Below, in pieces: positions 17,180 to 24,824 of a stretch of DNA of 24,824 bases. A model generated the notes under the pieces. The model did no database searches. It had not been told where the DNA came from and saw only the letters and a list, made by a program, of their open reading frames with translations. Source of the stretch: a virus; the IMG/VR virus record IMGVR_UViG_3300021400_000064, positions 1-24,824 of that record; one strand, 5' to 3'. The translations under genes were made by a program, and so were the position numbers. Within the stretch, counting starts at the first letter, position 1. Each line of letters starts with the position of its first letter.

Positions 17180-17571
17180 TGTTAGCAACAACCAAGAAAA
17201 AGTTTTGTAAGTTCTTGCGCGCATTAGAATATAATGTTGATGATAATGGTAATTATCGTGAGGAGTTTCCTTGGCTGATGTTGAGTATGGGTGGCGCAAG
17301 GGTATTAAAATCTAACGATTTAAATATGACTGAAATCCAACTCAAACTTGATATATTCAGCACTTATACGGGTGAAAAAGAGATACTTACTATTGTCGAT
17401 AACATTAATAGTCATATTCGCGCATTTATGGATGAGAATGCGGAAATCCAATATGTGTTTATGCGCTCTTTGCGTATAATTGATGATAAAGAGACAGGGC
17501 CTGTTCGCAAGCACGGGATAGCGCAGTTCTCTTTTATTGTGGCGCAGGAGGATATAAGCGATGGCGAATAA
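17179..17571 (+). CDS. Putative tail completion/terminator protein (130 aa).
   Basis: TAATG overlap, and a position directly upstream of the major tail protein. No TAG. The function is inferred from position only. Confidence 0.45.
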   Translation: MLATTKKKFCKFLRALEYNVDDNGNYREEFPWLMLSMGGARVLKSNDLNMTEIQLKLDIFSTYTGEKEILTIVDNINSHIRAFMDENAEIQYVFMRSLRIIDDKETGPVRKHGIAQFSFIVAQEDISDGE

Positions 17572-17950
17572 TGTTTAGAAGGGCATAAATATAGTCCTAA
17601 AAATAGGTGAGACTTTATTGGGCGGGCAGTTAGGTGCTACGCTCATTTAGTCTGCTTCTTCTATTGATATTACAAATAAAATTACAGGCGAATGGCAAGA
17701 GGTTTTAGAGGGTATAAAATCTTGGTAGATTACAGGTAATGGTTTATATGTAAAGAATAGTATCACATATAAAATGCTTCAAGATGCCTTTAATACTAAT
17801 ACTGCTATTGATGTAGAAGTAATGCTTGACGAGCATCGTTATGTCGGTAAGGCAATTTTAGTTGAGTTCCCACTTACTGCGGTTTATAACGGAACATATC
17901 GTTATAATTTCCGCTTATTGGGCGATGGAGCACTGACGATAAGTGAATGA
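17561..17950 (+). CDS. Major tail (tube) protein, TP901-1-like (129 aa).
   Basis: AGGAGG lies 9 nt upstream. Peptide: IVLKIGETLLGGQLGATLI[TAG]SASSIDITNKITGEWQEVLEGIKSW[TAG]ITGNGLYV...YRYNFRLLGDGALT. Three TAG. Ends at TGA 17948. Confidence 0.75.
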
Positions 17951-18443
17951 GCGCATTGTTGAGATTGATGGTAAAAATTATCGGTTCAAAATTGGACTTC
18001 GTAGTATAATTTATTTACAGTCTCTTTCAAAGATTGATGAAGGTGATATGTTTGTCGCTGGCATAATTACCTTTAATGATATTCCTATAAAAACGGCAAA
18101 GTTGATGTATCAGCGGCTTTGTCGTCAAAAAGATTATCAGCCATTATTTGAATAGGTTATCTCAACTCCTTTCATTGATGTGCGGGATTTATATCGAAAA
18201 GCCGTTGGCGAACTTGGTATAAGTCCCGCCATTTTCTACCAAATGTCGCCAGATGAAGTGGAATTAGCCTATCAAGGGTATTTGCGTAGATAGGAATTAT
18301 CCGCAAACCTTACTAAATTAGCAGTATTATAGGCTTTACACGATGACCGAAATGAGATTACTTTGGCGGCAACGCCTGAATATTCAGTGGGGACAGAACC
18401 TGACCGAGAAAAAACATTTTCTGTATTGGGGATAGAAGAATGA
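17943..18443 (+). CDS. Tail assembly chaperone-like protein, possibly a very short tape-measure-like protein (166 aa).
   Basis: It occupies the position after the tube gene. Peptide: LGISPAIFYQMSPDEVELAYQGYLRR[TAG]EL. Three TAG (18153, 18291, 18330). Ends at TGA 18441. Confidence 0.5.
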
Positions 18444-18598
18444 CAGATTATGAAACAGTAAAAAAGAATGTAGCAGATTAGATGAGTTAGGTGTCTTATC
18501 AGTTTGAGCGCACATCAACTTTACAAGAGGATAATACTGCTACTCTATTGAATGACATTGGTTTAGCGATAAACCGTGAAGGAGGTATGAGTATCTAA
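18440..18598 (+). CDS. Small protein (52 aa), or the -1 frame extension of the preceding gene.
   Basis: ATGA overlap upstream and TAATG overlap downstream. Two TAG (18479, 18488). Confidence 0.4.
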
Positions 18599-21500
18599 TG
18601 CTAATCAACGGTATAAATATAAATACCCTTGGTGTCAAATTATATGATAGAGTTATTAACTCTAACACTGTTGATACTACACAAGAATGGTTAGATGGTG
18701 ATATTCAGCCCACTTTTGTTAGACAGTAGGACCGTTTCAAAACTATGACACTTGCGTTCCTTGTATTAAATACTGATGAGGAAAACGCGTTTTTGCGTAT
18801 AAGCCGTTTAACGCAAGCATTACGCAAAGCGACATTATAGTTTGATGATATTAGTCTTACTTTTGATACAACATTAGTGGGCGCGGCAGAACCTGAACGC
18901 TTAAAGAACGGTAATTTTATCGTTAGATATACTCTAAACAGTGATTACGCGTAGGGTAATCGTGAAATATATACGACAGATGCCAAAGCAACAAGCGCAT
19001 TTAGGCTCACCGTTCTTTACTACAAAAACACAACTCAATTAGTCGGGCAGGATGTATATACTATTCGTGCTGGGGCTTTTGATGTTGGAACACCAACATT
19101 AAGTTCTATTGGTATTGATGTGGATAAATACCGCGAACAACACTATAATGCTGGTGCCGCAACTAATATGGGTTCGATGGAACTTACATATGAAAATTTA
19201 CAGTCTCTTGGGACTTTAATTATTAACTATGCGCCTGTGCGCTACAATCTCACACTTGCTTACTATATGAATAGTGGAGAGGGTTATAATGAGACTTTAC
19301 AAGAGACGATAACCTTTACACATCCACAACTTCAAAATATTAAGACCATCGGGCAACTATTTGATGTAAATACTTACCGTCCTGATGGTTATCGTGCGAC
19401 TATTGATTATAGCGGACCTCTTACTGTTGAAGGACTACTTGCGGCATCTCCTATTGCGGTTATGTATGATGTAGTTCAAAACGAACAGAGTAAGAATATA
19501 ACAGTAGTTTATCGTAATGAAAATGACGCTGGCGGTTATGATATTATAGATAGTGAATTATTGAATGTGCGTGAAACCGCTATTACTGATGGTAAAACTT
19601 TACGCGACATTTTCAACCTTAACGCATATAAGCCTAACAGCCTATACTATTTTGATGGGACCATTGAGGGCTATAATGCTGATGACCTTATTACTTATGC
19701 GGATTTGAATACAACTTATTACATCAACTACCGCAGACAAGAGCACACTATCTATGTTGAGTATTATGCTGGAACCTATCCAGATTGGTATCGCCTCACT
19801 AATATTCCTCTTACAGTAAAATATAAAGATGCGTATGAAGAAGAGTTTAATATTACAGACATTGGTTTGGATTTAGACCGCTATCATACAGCAGAGTATC
19901 AAAGAGGACAACTTTATAATGGCGATAACTTTGAGACATTTGATGATGTAATTACTACTGGCGTTCTTCAAGTATATTATGTGCCTATTGATTTCACTAT
20001 TAAGGTTCGTTATAAGAAAGATGATGCGAATGAATACACCGAAAAAGATGTAGTAATCAACGCATTACAGTTCTTTGGCGACCCAGTATTAAGTGATATT
20101 ATAGACATAAATACTGACCGTCCAGAAGGATATCAGTTAGATTTAGAAGAGAGTTATAACGGTGAAATTACACTTTCCGCACTCACAACGAGTTCTCCAA
20201 TATATATTGTATATGAAGAAATACAAGAAGTGCGGCAAAAGAATATCATAGTTAGGTATAAGCAACAGTTATCAAGCGCCTATTCTACCATAAATACTTC
20301 CATTTTGGTTATTAATGAAGCAGACTGCGTTGGTGGCGTGCGGTTGCGCGACCTTATCAACTTAAATCTCTATCGTCCAGATTACTATGATGGTGGTATC
20401 TTGAATGGCGCGAGTGAGAGTGCTTTATTGACTTTTGATGATTTACTCGCAAATTATGAAGTATTATACCGTGCTTCTACATACAACACTCCTGTATATT
20501 ACTATACGGATGATGTTGATGAGCGTAATTGGATTGGTAGTTCTGTAATTAATTATACAGTCCTTGATTTTACAACAGAAACAACACTGTATGATTTAGG
20601 GTTAGACCCAAATCAATATAAACCTTCATACGCCGCAGATGGTGTAGTTCAATATAATGGCGCTATTTCATTTAGTGCTTTACGCGGCTTATCAAGCATC
20701 AACATTGTGTATGATAGTATTGAAGAGCCAGAAGACCCAAGTGGTATTGATTATCCGCACAGGTTCTTATTCTTACAACATAATGATTTAGGCGCATATG
20801 AAAATCAGCATCCAGAATGGACTATGAACCACGCTTATATTAATACAGGCGTAAGCGTCCAGGATATGTCTAAATTGACAGTTATTATGGAGGCAAAGCG
20901 TGTTGATGAATATGTGGCGCCACATACAGTAAATGCGGGCTATGCTTACTTATTCGGTAGTTCATCTGCTCTTGGTTAGTATTATATGCGGTTTAACAAC
21001 CAAACGATGTATGGCACTAATCTAACGGGTGTAAATACTTATGAAGCAAAAGCAGGTAATACCGTAAATGCGTTAGTGCTGACAGAGGAGAACGCTATTG
21101 GTTGGAGTGAAAATTCTGGTATTTACTCTACATAGAATTATAATGGCTATTCAACAGCCACATTTACATATAGCAACCGTATGCCGACAGAGCACGCGCA
21201 AATGCCATATCCGCTTTATCTGTTCGCTAATAATAACAGCGGTTCCTATGCTGATGGACTTGCGGGATGGGGCATTTACAGTTGTAAGATTTTGTATGAT
21301 GGATAGTTATTGCGTGATTTTATCCCCGTTCAGTATTACGACAAGATTGGCGATAAGATTGCGCCAAGCAACTGTTTATATGATAAGATTAGCCAGAACT
21401 TCTTTGAAGATGCTACTGGCAAGAACAGTTTTAATATCATTGATGATGAGCGCTACACTGATACAAACCCAGAACATCAAATAGGTTCGTTCTATGTAAA

Positions 21501-24500
21501 TTATTATAAAGACGATATCCTTTATCAAACATCACAGATTTTCTTCCGTGGTAATGATTTTGATGAAGAATGGGATATGTATGATAAACTCAAAGTTGAT
21601 GATTTCCAACCGCCTTATTATAAATCTGGTAAGATTACTAACTTAAATGAGATTGCCGCGATTAATTTTGATAATTTAAATAATTTCATTTTTAAAGTAG
21701 TATATGAAGCGCAAGAAAATCAGTTTCAAGTAAATTATTATAAAGACAGTATTAATGAGAATAATTTGATTGCTTCTGATACTATTGCTCTTCAAGAGAG
21801 TGATTTCTTCCAAGTCCCTACTTTTGGTGATATTGTTCGTTTGAATAAATACCGTCCAGAAGGTTATAAAACAGACTTTGAGTATCCTGGCGCGAAGGTA
21901 TCCTTATCTCGCGTGATGGAGAACGCACCATACAATATTTTGTATGTGCCAGCAGGAACAGAAACAACTTATATCACAAGTATAAAATACATTAAAAAAG
22001 TATTTGGTATTCGCACTTATGAAACATTAGGCACTGTTGAAGTAGCGCTTACTGATAGTCAGTTCCGTGATGGCGAATATATTGAAAACTTTATTGATTT
22101 TAATGCGATGAAGCCAGCCAACTATTATAAAGATGGCGCGCCTTATCAGTGGTATTTAAAAGATATTAGATTAGATACGCCCGACAAATTAGCGCAAGAG
22201 TATATCGTAGTATATCAACCAGAAGAGCAAGCGTTAGAAATACGGTATTATAGAGATGAAGTAGCCGAGGAGAGCCTCATCGCAAATACTACCTGGATGA
22301 TTTCTGTTGATGACTTTGATGGGGAATTTTACTTGGTAGATTAGTTGCCTAATTCATTTATTAACCAATATAAACCTGTAAATGCTGATGGCGGTATTCT
22401 ACAAAATACTGATGTTCTTTACACATTCGCAAGTTTAGCAGAATACGGGCATATTGATATTATTTATAATAGTATTGCTTCTCCTGATGACCCAACTAAT
22501 GTTTCACGTATTGGTAAAGTGCTGTATTGGACTGCTAATGATATTACTTATAGTGATAGACAGACCTATACTTTGGGGAATGGTAAAGGTGTTAGCCATA
22601 CATATATTAATGGTGGTATAATTCCATATATAGATTTAGGATATACACCAAAAGAAATTGGTCGTCTTAAAGTTGAATTAAAAGCGCAAATGCTTACCGA
22701 TGGTTTTGCGACTGATACTACTAATTATGGTTATCAAGTTCCAGATTATACTTATGGATTTGGTTATTATGGTGCTTTGGGTGGTCCTGTGCTTGGAACA
22801 ACGCATAGCATCCAAGAGACTATGGATAAAGATAATGTAGGTATTACTTATCATAAATATATCCCGAAAAAGAGTTTTGCTTCTAATGGCGCTTTTGCTA
22901 TTCGCGGGCATATACCAAAAGCCTCAAAAGGTGTATATACTGATGTTGGATTACGCACGATAGACGGGCAGGATTTCTGGCTGACCTCTTTTAAAGGAGC
23001 AAGTGAAAGTCGTAGTGTATCCTTAAATCCGTGGATTATGAAATATAATGCGTTATCTGGCTTTTATCGTAAAGGTGCTTATGAAGATACAGATGATAAT
23101 TATAATTATATTAAAGCGTATAGTGATTATGATTATACTCGCACTTATAGTTTAGAGACATATCAAGATAGCAATATGAAGACTAATGAGAGTGAAAATG
23201 GTCTTTGGTCTTGGATGGCAGACCCGATTACGATGACATTAGATGCTTATCACTCTTATGCTTCTGCTTATGACTTTGGCACAAGCAACACTCTTACATA
23301 TACTAACTTTGATGAGAGCGCTGATATAGATATTTTTGAGAATAGATGTAAGCCTCGTGGCTCTATTACCTTATTCCGCACTCGTAATCCTGATACAGGC
23401 AAAATGAATATAATGCCATTTTCCGCAAAAACATACCCACTAATTACAGGTTTGGGTGTAATAGGCTTTTCTCAAAGTGAATTAACAAATATGTTAAACC
23501 CATTTAGTGATAATTTTACTGGTTCTGTTTCCAGGATAATTTTAGTCGGTTCTCATTATGATAGTGATAGTGATTTTGTTGATAGACAAGGCGACCAAGT
23601 AAATCCTGACTATCAGCCCCCAAGCGCGGTATATGAGTATATTACACAAGAAGTGAATGTTGCTTATAGTGATTTCCCTGTGCCAGTTTATCCACAAATG
23701 CGTGGTATGGCAGTATGGAGCCTCAAACTTTGGGATTAGGACCGTCTTGTGCGTGATATGATACCCGTCAAAAAAGGTGAAAAAATTTATGATTATGTAA
23801 TGCCTGATGATGGTTTATTTGACCTTATTACAGAGATTTTCTTTGGGAATAATAACCAAGGCGGCACATATACGCAAACCTATTGGACGAGTGATAGTGA
23901 TAATAAGCATAATGGTATGGTAAGCGAAACAACCACTATTGATGCGGCAGATGTATTACCTCTTCATTGTATTGATGACCCTTGCTATTATGGTAAGATT
24001 ACAGAAAATTATTATGATGAAGATAATCATTTTATTGCTAATCAGTATGTTGATGTTCCTACTTGGTTCTATGAAGGTAATACAACTCTTGCCGACGAAT
24101 TACAGTATAATGATTATAAGCCAGATGATTATCATTTAGATGGTATGCTTGATACTGATGACCCAGATAATCCAAATGAAGATTGGACTTTGGAAGAGAT
24201 TTATGATTAGGGTTTAATTAACATTTATTATAAATTACGGACATACGCTAAATCAGTAGTATATTATAGAGATAATTATCGAATTGGTTCGCGGGATTTA
24301 TTCTTCTCATTGAAGGATATTGAAAACGCAAATTCTTTAAGTGATTTAGGAATAGATGCTTCTTATTATCAAACAGACACATTTAAACCTGGGCGTCTGG
24401 TATTTAACAGTAGCATATTAGAGAATAATGATGTTGCTGGTTTTATTGATGCGCCAAGCCCGATTGTCGTTTATGATAAATATAGCAAAGCAGAACGCCC

Positions 24501-24824
24501 AGATTTACTCTATATTGAGTATTATCGTGGTGGAGCGTATGATGACCCAACAGCCGAGATTACATTAGATGGTAATAATGTAAATTACTTCAACTGTGAT
24601 TTACCTGCTGTCGTTCTAAATCCAAATGGCACTATTAAATATCGTAATCACTATCACAGCGCGATGTATGAGGATGAAGACCCTGGATACTTTGTGCCGT
24701 ATCAAGTGCGAGTTATCAACCCATATACAGGCATTCATTATGGGCCTGCGCGTAAATACCGCACATTAGCGCAGATTGTTGATAGAGATGTCTATACTAT
24801 TGTTGAGGAGCGTAATGGCTGGGG
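18598..24824 (+). CDS. N-terminal and central part of the giant (~2,890 aa) tail adhesin/fibre protein, with a Dit-like N-terminal domain; it continues at 1..2553.
   Basis: ATG 18598 follows GGAGG. Frame 1 contains no TAA or TGA to the window end, only TAG (18727, 18838, 18952, 20977, 21133, 21304, 22342, 23737, 24208). Track ORFs 19120-20979, 21310-22344, 22345-23739 and 23749-24210 all lie in frame 1. There are 13 or more ~80-aa repeats with the motif N.Y(K/R)P..Y. Confidence 0.8.
24718..24824. repeat. Terminal direct repeat copy 2 (identical to 1-107).
   Basis: Exact 107-nt match to the window start. Confidence 0.95.

Noticed and set aside
21098-21484. Alternative-frame + strand ORFs such as 1364-1594, 1530-1721, 1793-2113, 7460-7702, 8235-8441, 13177-13368, 13437-13871, 15141-15344, 16570-16812, 21098-21484 and 23939-24139.
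   Set aside because: They overlap the in-frame, motif-bearing reading frames and have implausible compositions. They are explained by AT-rich sequence and stop-poor off-frames.

Overview
The window is one complete small tailed-phage (siphovirus-like) genome. Bases 1-107 repeat exactly at 24718-24824, so the unit is a 24,717-bp circle or terminally redundant molecule. All genes but one are on the + strand. The six-frame track looks badly fragmented. However, every break inside a recognisable gene is TAG, never TAA or TGA, the pieces stay in frame, and a collagen Gly-X-Y tract runs straight through TAG codons. I conclude that TAG is read as a sense codon, most likely Gln (code-15-like). Read that way I get 27 genes covering about 95% of the unit. 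They are: a small HTH protein, an HNH endonuclease, an early/replication module (winged-helix initiator plus 34-bp iterons), TerS, TerL, an SPP1-type portal, a Mu-F/gp7-like head protein, scaffold, major capsid, connector and closure proteins, a 795-aa collagen-like fibre, an HK97-gp10-like neck protein, a TP901-1-like major tail protein, a chaperone-like protein, a giant ~2,890-aa repeat adhesin that crosses the contig junction, a Dit-C-domain-like protein and a Tal-N-like hub. I count about 83 in-frame TAG codons, very unevenly spread. The replication genes, the single minus-strand gene, scaffold, capsid and connector genes have none. I cannot recognise a CUA suppressor tRNA, release factor, integrase, DNA polymerase, long tape measure or lysis cassette. 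The only tRNA-like element (10295-10373) has a CUU-type loop. Also visible are three perfect TTGACA-17-TATAAT promoters, four intrinsic terminators, a candidate ~85-nt sRNA complementary to a downstream RBS, and a convergent-promoter arrangement around the lone minus-strand gene. All product calls rest on motif recognition by eye, not on database searches.
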